Positions 1-13,225 of a DNA stretch of 64,000 nt are shown piece by piece. A program made the position numbers and the translations under genes. The stretch comes from Vicugna vicugna (Eukaryota), in contig MU057711.1 in the NCBI GenBank assembly GCA_013265495.1, positions 62,001 to 126,000 on the forward strand. The letters are read 5' to 3'. The notes below the pieces were generated by a model, which saw only the letters and a program-made list of their open reading frames with translations, was not told the DNA's origin and did not search any database. The stretch's first letter is position 1; each line of letters opens with the position of its first letter.

Positions 1-488
1 GAAAAAGTCTCAATGTCATAACCTATCATTTCCATATTAATCTTCTGCTGTGACAATCAGATTCTAAACTGTTTAACTATAAGCTACAGAGAAAAAGTCA
101 GCATGAGAGAATGAAGCAGATCTAGATATCACAAATTAAAACAGATTTTATTAAAGACTAGCCTTGAAGACAGATACAATGTTCTTCTACATAATCCTTT
201 ATTATAGTTACAGTGTGTTTTCCCATATTCCCAGCATGTAAATGGCTAACACATCACTTAACTACAAGATCAAGAATGGGTCTTTTTTACCAGAAGTGAT
301 TACAATAGTACTTTCCTCCCAGTAAACCCATAAAAACAATTTAAATACATTTCAGTAAGTTAAAATTGAGGAAGTCAATTTATTTGGGGGTTTTTTCTGT
401 TCTGATGCCTCAGATACTTTTTCTAATCTTGGAAGATTTTTTTTTCAGAAACATAAATCTAATTACATTAAAAAACAAGTAGATATAC

Positions 489-583
489 CTGCTTTGTTCT
501 GGATCTTGATAAGTAAATGGTACTCTTCTGGCAGTTTTTATCTTCACAGCCTGGCAGTAAGTGATCCATGTGTCCGTCTCCAT
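489..583 (-). CDS. ITFG1: ITFG1 internal coding exon (probably exon 9), 95 nt, phase 1 to phase 0
   Basis: Minus strand reads tttcttttggcag|ATGGAGAC...ACAAAGCAG|gtatat. It translates (D)GDGHMDHLLPGCEDKNCQKSTIYLSRSRTKQ, matching the recalled ITFG1 sequence DGDGHMDHLLPGCEDKNCQKSTIYL. Confidence 0.97.
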
Positions 584-1449
584 CTGCCAAAAGAAACTTC
601 AAGAGTTCATCAACTGCCACAGAGTAATGTTCTTGCATGGGAGTTAAGTTTCCTATTTGTTCAAAGTCTGCATCAATCTAGCTAAACTGAAGAATATGAT
701 TAATGGCTTTGTAGTGAATGTAATTCAATTAAAAAAGTACTCTGGCCTTTGCTATCCTGTTAACCAGACTGCGTCTTGTTTTAAATTGCTCACTTTTCTG
801 AGGTTAAATATTTATCCAATGTTGGAAGAAGACCTCATTTCAGGCTTTAATGTTAAAATCATCAATTAAAAAAATGTGACTTTTAACTTATTTACATAAT
901 TATCACTGCTGCCCCAGGAGAAAAACAAGCATGTCAATAGTAACCCATTATTACATGGCTTATTTTAAATGTCTTTACACATAACTTATCTTTACAAATA
1001 CTTTTAAGTGACAACGAACTTCAACTCAAGAGTTACAAAGCTCTCAGCACCCTAGCTTCTAAAATGCACAATACATTTTTAACAATAAAAAGGCAAATGA
1101 AGGGAATATAGATGTAATTTCCAACTGACTGGTTTTTAAACAGCTGCACAATGTTCTGCAAAGACCTCTAAAGATGAGGTTACTGAGGAACTTGGAGTCA
1201 TCTCCTCTAGTGCTCCCTCCTATCTACTGCTCCCTGCCTGATGGAGTTTACAGATTTTGATATCCTTGAGCTAAATCTCTGCAGGGATACAGGGACATTC
1301 ACAATGGAGTGGTCATGTAGCTTATAACTTTGGGCCCTAAATTTGTGTTGCTTTAATCACTAATTTGCTATGGTTTAATTTATCATTTAACGTGTGCCCG
1401 AATGAATACCTTTGCTTGTAAGGATATATAAGGGTTAAGAATAAAAAAA

Positions 1450-2897
1450 CGTCCTTCCTTAAGGTTCTCTTACCCTGGGAAGCCCCTTCACCAGTGGGCT
1501 TCACCAGAGATCAGGTGGGATAGAAAGGGAGCTTCAGAAGTTTGGAAGAGAGTGCAGCGACTGGTCTGTGGCAAGCAGAACACGGAGAGACTGGCACAAA
1601 GGATCCATGCCACCCTGCTGCACTCTCCAACCTGAGATGCACAATTGCATCTTGGTTTGGTAAGTCAGGAATTTTACTGTGTGTTGGATTGGTATGTGTG
1701 GGGGTGCTGCATGCTGAAACTTGGGCTTCAGAGAACAGAACTGGGGAGAGGACATGGATTGGCTGCAAGGAGACAGCCTGAAGGGGCTGGAATGTGGTAT
1801 GGGTCGAAACCAGGAGTTTGTGCAAGGGAGGCTGGGTCTGCCATCAAAAGCCCCATTGTTAACAAGTGAAGGGAGGGATGGGACTCAGCCAAAGCAGCCT
1901 CTGAGCATACTCACAGGGGCATGACCCTGCCATAGAAGACCCACTGTTAACATGCACTGTGAAGAGAGGGGCGGCACCCAGCCATAGCAACCTCCTTATC
2001 AGTGAGCTCACAGTCTCTAAGAACTCTGGGAGCACGCAAACACTGGCAGGTTGCCCTCAGACGGAGGCAGGGCTGAAATGTAAGCCCGGTCTCAGGCGGC
2101 TTTGGTGGATTTATGCTGCTAGTGCCTTTGTAAACTCAGCACCTGCAAGGCATCTGAGCATTACTGGTGCGCTGCTGGGGCAGACCTGACCTAAGCAGTA
2201 GGTGCACTCATGTGGGGGTGGGTCTGGGCTCTGGGCGAACTCCGTGCCTCCCACAGTAGATCCAGGTGTGCAGCCTTGTGCGAGTACAGTGGGTCGTGGT
2301 GTCTAACTTCAGCAGATCTGCCCTGGTGGTCTGTGAGCACAGCGCATGAGGGACACCCAGGCAGACTGCCTGCCTTCCCATGGCTGATACAGGGCCGAGG
2401 GCAGCACCAACAGTGTACTTTGTGAGCCTGCGCAAACGGTAGCAGGTGTTGTGCACTTCCCAGTGGACAGCTCCTACAGGGAGTACTCAGAGGCTCATCT
2501 CTCAGAGGAAGCACTCCAGCCCCACCCACCTCACACAGCAGCTCAGAAACGGATCCGGGGCCTTCTACTCAAACAAGAGGGGAGCCAACCTGGCCCCCGA
2601 CAGGGCTGCGGCAACCACAGAGCAAAGAGGAGGCCCTGCTCAACATCCAGTGCGGGCTCTGGTCATCACAACACCCATCACACCCACTATGAAGGGGGTA
2701 ACAGCCAGAACACACAGAGGAAAGATGTCGCGGCCATCCATACTAAAAACGGTCCTTGCAACAAATTTATCAGATGCATGTCAGCTACACAGGGACACTC
2801 CCATATAAAAAGAGCCCGTCAAAAGATCCAACTCCAGGCAGGAGTATTTGGAAAGGAGACAGCTTTCCAAAGGCATAAACAGATATCATAGTTAAAA
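1450..2897 (+). mobile_element. Orphan LINE-1 5'UTR (GC-rich promoter region) with no ORF1/ORF2 downstream
   Basis: Sharp GC-rich block in an AT-rich intron. Motifs such as gactggtctgtggcaagcagaacacggagagac, ggagacagcctgaagggg and catccatactaaaaacggtcc...cacagggacactcccatataaaa resemble recalled laurasiatherian L1 5' ends. Confidence 0.7.
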
Positions 2898-3477
2898 AAG
2901 AATAAATAAGAGCTAGTCAAGTGAAGATTTAAATGCAGAATGTGATTTATAAACTGGCTCTAGTAATATCATAGACTTCATTAAAAGCCAAACCATCTTA
3001 TTGCAATTAAGGTGGGACTAATCAAGAAGAACATTACTAAGTCTCCGTCCTTCACTTCTACCCCAATGGCAAAATACTCAGATTAGATTCTGATTTACAC
3101 TTTTCTTTTCTCCTAGTTTCGCTTTCTTCTAAGTAGTTTCCTATTTCCCACAAGTATTTTGACGATTACTTGCCTGGTATTTAAATACTAGGAAATAACC
3201 TCCTGTTAAACATACAACTAAATCACATAACATCATAATTATGTTTTTAGTAGGAATTACCAGCAATTTTTTATAGATATGGTCATAGAAATCTAATACT
3301 CTATCAGAGAATGTGCTCCTTGTACTGACTCTAAGTGCTATTTTTTGATATTTAGGGGAAGTGACAGAAAAGCTTTCTGAGAGTTCAACTTATTAATGCC
3401 CAAAGGAAACTTCCTCTCTCTTAAATGCAATCAACTTTTAAACCTTACATGTTTCACTTTTTTGCATGTTTAAAAAA

Positions 3478-3915
3478 GAATTTTAATTTGTAAATAACTT
3501 AAACTTAAAATAGTACAAGAATGCCTGTAAATGTTGTAACTAGACTGGCCTATTAACATTTTATCCCATTTATTTTATCATTTGTGTTCTCTGTGAAATC
3601 AATTTTCTTTTGAACTATACATACATTATGGCCTTTTACCCTTAAACACTTGGGTGTGTATTTCCTAGGAGTAAGAATATTCTCTTATATAACCACAGTA
3701 CAATTATCAATTCATCGATTCACAAAGACACCTTTAGCTACTGTACTATATCTATATTCCAATTTTGTCCATTGACCTAGTAATGTCATGTATAGCATTT
3801 TTGCCCTTCTAACACAGGATCCAGTCTAAGGGTAGGAACTGCATCTTTAGTTGTTATTTTTAGCCTCCTTTAACCTAGAATATTTCCATAGGCTTTCTTT
3901 GTCTTTTACAACGTG
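3478..3915 (-). mobile_element. Old L1MC-like 3' end fragment
   Basis: atggccttttacccttaaacacttgggtgtgtatttcctaggagtaagaatattctcttatataaccacagtac resembles the L1MC4/5 3'UTR in antisense. Confidence 0.7.
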
Positions 3916-4730
3916 CATTTCTTTTTCTACCTCACACTATGGGAATCTTTTACTTTTTAATAAGCTATTATGTCTAGGGAAGAAAGTAGTTTCATAAAAA
4001 TAAGCTTATTACTAGTTATTAGAAACTAGTAATAAGCAAATTCTCTGAAAAATGTGACTATGAGGAAAGTCCACGCTGATGGAGGTACCAGTTTGAACTT
4101 TGCACACATTCCTTAAAGAAGTCCCAGAAATGACTAACTCTGGACTGCCTTCTCCTCAGGACTTCACTTATATTACATACCTCAAGTGTTTTTGAAGGCT
4201 AAAATTCCCTCTCAAAGGCTTAACAGAAAATGTAACAGAAGGAATGACATTTTGATTAACTTATTTTATGAACTGTGGTGTGAAATTTGAACACTGGAAT
4301 GGCAGACCGCTAGAGATTGAAGGGCACGCTGAACGCATGTAAATTTCCATCTGATGTTAACCTTTGCCAAATTTCAAATGAAATTCTCTAAAATAGATAA
4401 TTTTAATGAGATAGATTTAATGATTCAAATGTATTTTCTGAAAATTTTTAATTTTAAAACCAAAAGAACACTAAAATAAAGTTGTTTTCATAATGGATTG
4501 TAATGAATTTTGGTATAATAATTTTTCCTTTTTAAATTAAGCAGAGGAGAAAGAGGAAGATACACATAAAAAAGGGTCACATTTATATTATGTTTCCTCT
4601 TAAACATTCAGGACATTTTCAGTCTCAGTCTCTGAAATTAATTGACCTGTTGTATCGTGTAAACAAAATACAACTAATTATTCTGGCACCAAGTTACTAT
4701 TCAACTTTGTAAACCACCATTTCTTTAATG

Positions 4731-4919
4731 CAGTGATTCTTAAAGTGTGGTTCCTGGTCCCAGAGCCTCAGCATCACCTGGGAACTCGTTAGAAATGTCA
4801 GTTCTTATGCTCCTGCCCTGGTCTAATGAATCAGAACCTCTGAGGTTGGGGCTCAGCAATCGATATTTTCATAAGCCCTCTGGCTGATTCAGATGCATGG
4901 TAGAATGTGGGAACCACTG
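4731..4919. mobile_element. MER5A (hAT-Charlie non-autonomous DNA transposon)
   Basis: TIRs cagtgattct...gaaccactg, internal cagcatcacctgggaactcgttagaaatg, 189 bp long, degenerate 8-bp TSD ctttaatg/ctctaagg. Confidence 0.9.
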
Positions 4920-5419
4920 CTCTAAGGCACTTACGCTGGTCTCCCATTGACACCAGGGGGTGCTATACATATCCTACTTCTGTCTTGATCATGCTCCTCC
5001 ATTAAGAATAAAATTCTCTGGCTAATCAAATTCCACTATTCATTTAGGACTCAGTTTGTATCTTGCTCCAGCCTCTTGAGACTGACTGCAGGTCATCTTT
5101 TGCAAATTTTTGTGTCTTTTGGGCAGGGTAACTCATTATGGCAGTGGAACAACCACTCCTACATAAAACAACTGTTTTCGGTGAACATCTTGCCACTCCA
5201 TGAGACTGTATGGAGATTTTGATATAATGGTAAGAAGGAAGAACAAGGATCAGTTCAGTTAGCTTTGGATTTTTAACCTGGCTTAACTTCTAATGAGTAA
5301 TTAGACATGTACTTTTGGTGAAAAGACTGAGAAATAATTTTTAAGATATTAGAATTTGGGGAGCAACAGGTACAGCTGTTTTTGTATTTTTTAGGACTGT
5401 TCAAGAGGTATTCAGCTTT

Positions 5420-5860
5420 TTCAAAAGTCTTCCTCCTACTCTTCTCCCCAGCTCCCTTTCATAGTGGCAAACACTGCAGCACGTTTTCTTGTGTATCCTT
5501 CACTACATAGTCTTTGCATGTACATATAATATATATAATTTTGCACAAAGGGTAGTGTACACTACACACTTTTTGGAACCTTGACTTTTTGATTTAATAT
5601 ATCTGAGAACATTCCACGTTGATAAACTTACATCTGCCTTATATAATATAGCATTAAGTTTTATGGGTTTATCTCAATATAGCCAAATCTCTGTTGATGC
5701 AAACACTGAGTTGTTTCCCATCTTTTGGTAATCCAAATAATTCAACAATGAATAACTGCACACATAATATCTTGTCTTTGTGAGATTATACTATGAATTC
5801 TTAAAATGGAAATGACTGATTCAATGATTATATATAATTAAAAATTTTAAGTTAATCTCT
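5420..5860 (-). mobile_element. Ancient L1ME-like 3' fragment, continuing at ~7260-7380 and ~9160-9380 after later insertions
   Basis: Degenerate antisense L1 3' motifs (ctctgttgatg...gttgtttccca). It resumes as ccagagaggctgtaccaat and ttcattgtggttttaatt after the Charlie element. Confidence 0.6.
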
Positions 5861-5862
5861 GC

Positions 5863-7258
5863 AGAGTAGTTCTCAAACTAGTCTCAAGAATCCTTTGTAC
5901 TCCTTTTAAAAGTCAGGACCCCAACAAGCTTTGTTTACGTGGGTTAAACCTATGGGTATTATTTCTATGGTTATTAACTTGAAATTAAGACCAAGAAATA
6001 TGTAAATATTTAAGGGAAAAATAATCATAAATACATTACATATAAACATAACTAACATTTTTATGAAAAATAACTGTTCCAAAGCAAAAACATTCTATGA
6101 GAAGAATGGCAATATCTGGCCTAGTAGAGAAAATTTGAATTTTCATACTGTTTTTGTATTTAATCTGTTGCTTTGGTGACAAATATGAAAGCATATAGTT
6201 GGAAGAGGTATTTTAACAGGCTTTTCAGATAACTCTGATGTTCCTCCCTGCCCCACCACAACTCAGTAAGTGATCATTTCTTAAAGATTAGTTGAAATGA
6301 AGAATCTAAAGCTGTATCAATGAACTTTTCCTATTCTCTTAATTAAAATCCAGTAGTCTATTTTGCACTTTGAAAGGGGTGTTTAACTGATGCATGACTT
6401 TGTAAAATCAAACATCAAATATTTAGAAGACATTGGTTCATGAGTTATGTAGATCTTCCAAATGTTAAAACATTTTATTACATAGTATTAAAAAAAAGTT
6501 CACATTTGTTAGTATCATCACCAATCTCATAAAAAAAAGTCTTTAGATACTGAAGAGCTGTCACCTCATAGTACCAGATAAAAGTTTTCCAAAATTCCAA
6601 TTTTTGCTTGAAAGTACAAATTTTATCATTGGCACTTTTCTATTCGTTGTTTTCTTGAAGTGTCAGGTTCACTCTGTTCGTTTTAGAGAAAATATCTACC
6701 AAATCTCCAAGTCTGAACAACCATAGTTTGTCTATCAGTTCTTTCAAGCAAAAAATGGTGAAATTGATACTACATTAAAAAAAAAAAGTTAGTTCAGCTT
6801 GCAACTCAATCACACCAGTGTTTTTAATCAAGACAACCACCACACTCTGCATGGAAGTGTTTTATGCATACATATTATTCCCTGATAGAGTATTAAAAAG
6901 TGTGTTCTCAAGGGTTGAGATTTAATAAAATTATTAATTTTTGCTGTTTCATCATAAACATTCTTAAATGAAACTATTCTTCCTTCCTTCCTCCTTCTTC
7001 TTTATTTCAGTGTATAGTGGTAAAGAATACAGTAAGTGTTAATAAAGTTTCGTGCTTTGATTTGTGCTGAATGGCAAGCAGCTTTTAATGTCATTGGTTT
7101 TTACCATCAGAGCAAATGTTAACACTGTGAAAAAGGCAAATAATATCTTAGTGTTCCTATGAAATAGTTTTGATCTTGTGGACCCCCTGATACAGCTGAA
7201 GGAAAACTTCTCCCAGCCTCCCAGGATCCATACTTTGAACCACACTTTGAGAATCTTT
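5863..7258. mobile_element. Charlie1-family (Charlie1a-like) hAT DNA transposon fossil, ~1.4 kb
   Basis: Left end gtagttctcaaact...ggaccccaacaagctttgtttacgtgggtta and right end ccacactttgagaatc are degenerate TIRs. It interrupts the L1ME fragment. Confidence 0.8.
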
Positions 7259-7381
7259 GCCAGAGAGGCTGTACCAATAAGCGAATTATTAAATGTTTTG
7301 ATTTTTGTGACTGTGATTATAAAAATGGCATTTCATTGTGGTTTTAATTTTTAGTTTTCTTACTAATGATGTTGTTGGCCT

Positions 7382-7596
7382 TTTAAAAATTGAAATATAG
7401 TTAATTTACAATGTTTTATTAGTTTCAAGTATATAACATAGTGATTAAATATTTTATGGATTTTATGCCATTTAAAGTGATTACAAAATAATGGCTCTAT
7501 TTCCCTGTGCTGTACAATGTATCCTTGTTGCTTACTTATTTTATTACATAGTAGTTTTTGTCACTTAACCCCATACCCCATCACACCCCTCCCCTA
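7382..7596 (-). mobile_element. L1 3' terminus (artiodactyl-type 3'UTR), antisense
   Basis: aattgaaatatagttaatttacaatg...tttccctgtgctgtacaatgtatccttgttgctt is the reverse complement of the L1 tails seen on + at ~20800 and ~21960. Confidence 0.85.
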
Positions 7597-9152
7597 AAAA
7601 CAAGAAAGCCCAAAGTCATCAAAAGAAAGGAAATATTAAAGATCAAAGAAGAAAAATAAAATACAATAGCGAACCCCCACCCCCTAGCCCAGAAAAGATC
7701 AATGAAATCAAGAGCTGGTTTTTTGAAAGGATAAACAAAATTGATAAACTATCAGCCATGCTCATCAAAAAGAAAAAAGAGGGGACCCAAATAAAGTATA
7801 AAAATATAAAAATCCTCAACAAAATATTAGTAAATCAAATTCAAAAATATATACAAAAGATCAAGCACCATGATCAAGTGGGACTTAATCCAGGTATGCA
7901 AGGATGCTTCAATATTCACAAATCAATCAATGTGATACATCACATTAAACAAAGGATAAAAATGACATGATCATCTCAATAGATACAGAAAAAGCATATG
8001 ACAAAATTCAACATCCATTCATGGTAAAAACTGGCATCAAATTTGGTATCGAGGGCACATATCGCAACATAATAAAGGCCATTTATGACAAACCCAAAGC
8101 AGACATCATACTCAAAGGTGAAATCAGGCTCCTTTAAAATCAGGAACAAGACAAGGATGTCAGCTCTTTCCACCTCTATTTAACATAGTATTGGAAGTCC
8201 TAGCCACAGCAATCAGACAAGTAAAAGAAATAAAAGGGCAGCCACATTGAAAGGGAAGAGGTAAAACTGTCACTATTTGCAGATGATGTAATACTATATA
8301 CAGGAAACCCTAAAATCTCCACCAAACTATATTAAAACTAATAAATGAATTCAGTAAAGTTGCAGGATATAAGAGTAACACACAGAAATGTGTTGCTTTT
8401 CTGTATAATAATAATGAACAATGAAAGAGAAATTAAAGAAACAATCCCATTTATAATCACATCAGAAAGAATTAAAACAGCTAGGAATAAACTTAACCAA
8501 GGAGGTTAAAGACCTATACTCTGAAAACTATAAAACATTTATAAAAAATTTGAAAATAACGCAAGGAAATGGAAAGGTAGTCCATGCTCTTGGTTTGGAA
8601 GAATTAATACTGTTAAAATGGCCAAATTATTCAAAGCAATCTACAGATTCAATGAAATTCCTATCAAAATACCCATGACCTTTTTCACATAACTAGAAGA
8701 AATTATCCGAAAATTTATTTGGAACCACAAAAGACCAGAATTGCCAAAGCAATCTTGAGAAAAAGAGAGAAAGCTGAAAGTATCAAGCTCCCTGACTTCA
8801 GACTATACTCTAAAGCTACAGTAATCAGAACAGCACAGTATTGTGCAAAAACAGACACAAAGATCAATGGAACAGACTAGAGAGCTCAGAAATAAACTGA
8901 CACACACATGGTCAATTGGTCTAAGACAAAGGATGCAAGAATATATGATGGAGAACACACAATGGAGAAAAGACAGTCTCATCAATAAGTTGTGCTGGGA
9001 AAACCAGACAGCTACATGGAAAAAAACAAGGGTAGAACATTTCCTCACACCATATACAAAAATAAACAAAAAATGAATTAAAGACCTAAACTGTACGACC
9101 TGAAACAATAAAACTCCTGGAAGAGAACACAGGCAGGAGGCAGAACACTCTT
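7597..9152 (+). mobile_element. L1 ORF2 fragment (RT region, disrupted, internally deleted)
   Basis: Contains [26 protein letters not shown], an LFADD motif (ctatttgcagatgat, ~8272) and [20 protein letters not shown]. Confidence 0.93.
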
Positions 9153-11893
9153 CGTTCTGTATGTGATTTATTAATATTTTCCCTTATCACTTCTAGGTAT
9201 TTCTTATAATTTATAAAGACTTTTCCAATTCACAGTACTTTGGGACATTATTTGCACTTTTAAGTCTTAGATTCACTTCGAATTTATTTTAGCATAAGAG
9301 GTGAGTTACGATCCTACTGTACTTTTTTACAGATGGATATATCCATTTGTCTCACACCACTTACTGAATGATTCATAATTTTCAGAAAAGAAAATCTTAT
9401 ATATTTGTCTATGTCTGTAAAATGATCAAAAGGAATGTAATTTGGCCACAGCAAGGGGTCACTGTGAGAATTTAATGTTGGGAAATAACTTGGGAAAAAT
9501 TACAGAGCAGTAAACAACCATAAAAGAGCACATTATTCCTCTATATCCCTTCTATCACTGTGGTATGCTGTGTGCACTTAGGACAGTGGTATGTAATAGG
9601 TAGGCAACAGAGTAAAAAATGTGTAACCCTTGGAAGGACAGAGCGCTTTTTCTTGAGTTCACACTTTCAGGGCTTACTGTAATGCTTCCAGTAGGAAATG
9701 CTGAAACATTTGGTCATGAAAAATGAAAGCAACAATTTAGGATACAACAAATGTTATTCCACAGATGAGGGAACAAAAACTGTAAGTAGAATGGCTAAAT
9801 ATTTTGATCTATAGCCTGGAACTCTGAGTTCAGTAACAAAAATAAATCAGTGATTCATGAATTACAGAGTAGAACATGCCATGACAGCCCAAATGGGGAA
9901 TAAATCAAAATGACTCCTTCCACCATGTGAAAAGTTTACCCATGGATGGCAATTGGGTATACAAGATACAAATACTACAAGTCACACAACTAATTAATGA
10001 CAGAAGGTTCTAAACGGAACTCAAGGCTTTCTTTAACTTTTAACATGTGGGACCCAATGCTGGAAGATTTATATACAGAGTTTCTAAAACTTCATTTCTT
10101 GCTAAAATGGACCTAGAATATCAGTAAAAGTAACAGCTTTCCAGCTTAACAACAACAACAGCTTAACATTACATATGTTAAGAGACATGTGAGATGTATG
10201 ACACATAATGCATTCACATATTATACATTTTTCATTATTCATTATTAACATAAAGCTGGTAATACACATACTAAAATACAAAACATTTCCTTTTCACTTC
10301 CACTATAATATAGTATATTACTTTATAGTTTTCAGAAGAACACATCATTATTGTAAGAGATATTATTGGCACAGAAGTACTCTGAATATGATATAAAGCT
10401 ATTACAATATAATGGCCAGATTAGATTTTTTAGGGCAATAAAATTTAGAACTTTATAATAAATGGTGAATAGTACAAAAAATAGGTGTCACACATGGAAA
10501 TATTTGATTTCTTTCTTTTTTTAATGTTCATTAACCAAACTATGACAATAAGAAACAGGTGCTATAAAACACACATACACACAGATAGGAGAAGAACATA
10601 TCCCATTACCATGTAGAAAGTATAAACTCATTTTCTTCAAAATTGAAACATGATGTTCATTTTGAATGACATAAATTGCAGAATTATGAATAAATATATC
10701 AGTTTACTTATTTTTCTTCAGGTGATAAATAGCATATAGGTTGATTTTCAAGTTATACTCCTATAAATATGGTATTAATATACTCATGTGGTTGAAGACA
10801 AGTTAACAGAGCGCCAGGGAATTGACAGGACTTCAGTGATAAGAAACAGAGCTTGTGAAGGAATATGAACATGATCAGACAGAAAAACTACAATTCTTTA
10901 AGATGTTGCTGGTTACCATCAGACATAGTAATAATGGCTGGGGTCAAGGATATGGAAAGTTAACTAAATTTACTTTAAGTTTAGGTTTTGTGAATAGCTG
11001 GCCATGAAATACAAATTTCACAATGACTTAGTTTCCTCTTGTCAATTCTATTTATTGTTCTTATTGAAAGGATAAGGTGTTTTCCCTTGTCATTTCAGCT
11101 CCTAATTATCTATCGAGTTTCAATAATGTCTCCAGGATACTTATCTACTGATGCTTTTTCTGTTTTGCTGAATATACTGATTTTTTACTACTATGTCTGA
11201 ATACTTTTTGCCCTAATTAAGAACACTACAAAGCAAATTCATGACCTATTCAACTTCCTGTTCTGAGTTCCCTCTGCTCTATTACGTGACTAGAGGTAAA
11301 AGTCAACTGTTTTGGTGAGTAGGGAGGTAATGGGGTAAAGAGGCCCAAGTTAGCCCAGACACCAGTGGGTACATGATAGTAGAAATGCCTACTAAACATT
11401 CTACATGGCAATGGCATTCTTTATTTTACTTCTGGAAGCTAGGAAGAGGGTAAAAAGAAGGCTGGATTAGATGATTATTAAGATTCTTATGATTAAGTCT
11501 AAACTCTATGAATATTATTCTATATTAGCTATCAAACATGCTCTAAAATAAGAATTCTCTTAGCTTTCCTTAACAAAAATGAACACTGTATATTTATTTA
11601 ACTATACACAGATATAGTATAATTTTTCTATAATGTTCATGTATCATATAAAATGAATAAATGTTCCTATAAATAATGCTTTAAAACTTTTGAATATATT
11701 TTAAAAAATCAAACAATATGTTATTTAACATCACGTTGATAAAAAATAAGAAGAGTTAAGTTTATTCTACTTGTACAACTGATTAGTTTAATTTAGATAT
11801 CCTCTTCATGTTTCACTGAGTTGAGTGATATTTGAAGACTATTACTTTGTTTACTTCTGAGTGCTCTCAGCATAACATAAAATTGTGTCTGTG

Positions 11894-13225
11894 GCCTCTT
11901 CAGCAAGTGGTGTTGGGAAAACTGGATAGCTTGTAAATCAACAGAACACTCCCTCACTCCATACACAAAAATTAACTCAAAATGGCTTAAAGACTCAAAT
12001 ATAAGACAAGACACAATAAATCTCCTAGAAGAAAACATAGGCAAAGTATTCTCTGACATAAATCTTAGTAACGCTCTCCTAGGGCAGTCTACAACCAGGT
12101 AATAGAAATAAGAGCAAAAATAAACAAATGACACCTAATTAAACTTATAAGTGTTTTGTATAGCAAAGGAAACCACAAGCAAAACAAAACAACAACCTGT
12201 GGAATGGGAGAAAATATTTGCAAATGACGTGACTGACAAAGGCTTAATCTACAGAATATATAACAGCTCATACAACTTAATAACAAAACAAACAAACAAC
12301 CCAATCCAAAAGTGGGCAGAGGACTTAAACAAGCAATTCTCCAATGAAGGCATCAAATGGAAAAACTGCTCAACGTCACTAAATATCAGAGAAATGTAAA
12401 TCAAAACTACAATGAGGTATCACCTCACACCAGTCAGAATGGCCATCATTCAGAAGTCCATGAATGATAAATGCTGGAACGGGTATGGAGAAAAGGGAGC
12501 CCTCCTACACTGCTGGTGGGAATGTAGTTTGGTGTAGCCATTATGGAAAACTGTATGGCGATTCCTCAAAAAACTAGAAATAGACTTAACATATGATCCT
12601 GCAATCCCACTTCTGGGTATATATCTGGGGGGAACTCTAATTTGAAAGGATACATGCACCACAATGTTCACAGCAGCACTATTTACAATAGCCAATACAT
12701 GGAAGCAACCTAAATGTCCATTGACAGATGACTAGATAAAGAAGTTGTGGTATACTTGTACAATGGAATACTACTCAGCCATAAAAAGAGCAAAACAATG
12801 CCAGTTGCAGCAACAGGGATGGACCTAGAGATCGTCATTCTAAGTAAGCCAGAAAGAGAAAGAAAAATACTATATGATATCACTCATGTATCACTTAAAA
12901 AAAAAGAAATTAAAAACAGGACACTATGAACTCATCTACAAAACAGAAACTGAATTGCAGACATAGTAAACAATCTTATGGTTATGAAGGAAAGGAGGTG
13001 TGAAGGGATAAATTTGGGAGTTTGAGATCACAAATGTTAGCCAGTATATATAAAAATAGATTGAAAAGTTTATTCTGTATAGCACAGGGAACTATGTTCA
13101 ATATCTTATAATAACCTTTAATGAAAAAGAATATGGAAACAAATATATGTATATATATGCATGACTGGGACATTGTGCTGTACATCAGAAACTGACACAC
13201 TGTAACTGACTGTACTTCAATTTAA
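11894..13225 (+). mobile_element. 5'-truncated L1 (ORF2 C-terminus plus 3'UTR), camelid-type
   Basis: Contains EWEKIFAN and [10 protein letters not shown], similar to the 3' part of the 44.7-51.8 kb L1. TSD aaaattgtgtctgtg (11879-11893) / aaaattatgtgtgtg (13226-13240). Confidence 0.93.

Noticed and set aside
147..488. Intronic polyadenylation isoform: read-through VYLLVF-stop after the exon, AATAAA on minus at 147-152
   Set aside because: AATAAA is frequent in AT-rich introns and nothing else supports it.
1511..2891. Cluster of overlapping 70-146 aa ORFs on both strands
   Set aside because: They lie in a GC-rich L1 5'UTR-like block where stops are rare. No recognisable protein or splice structure.
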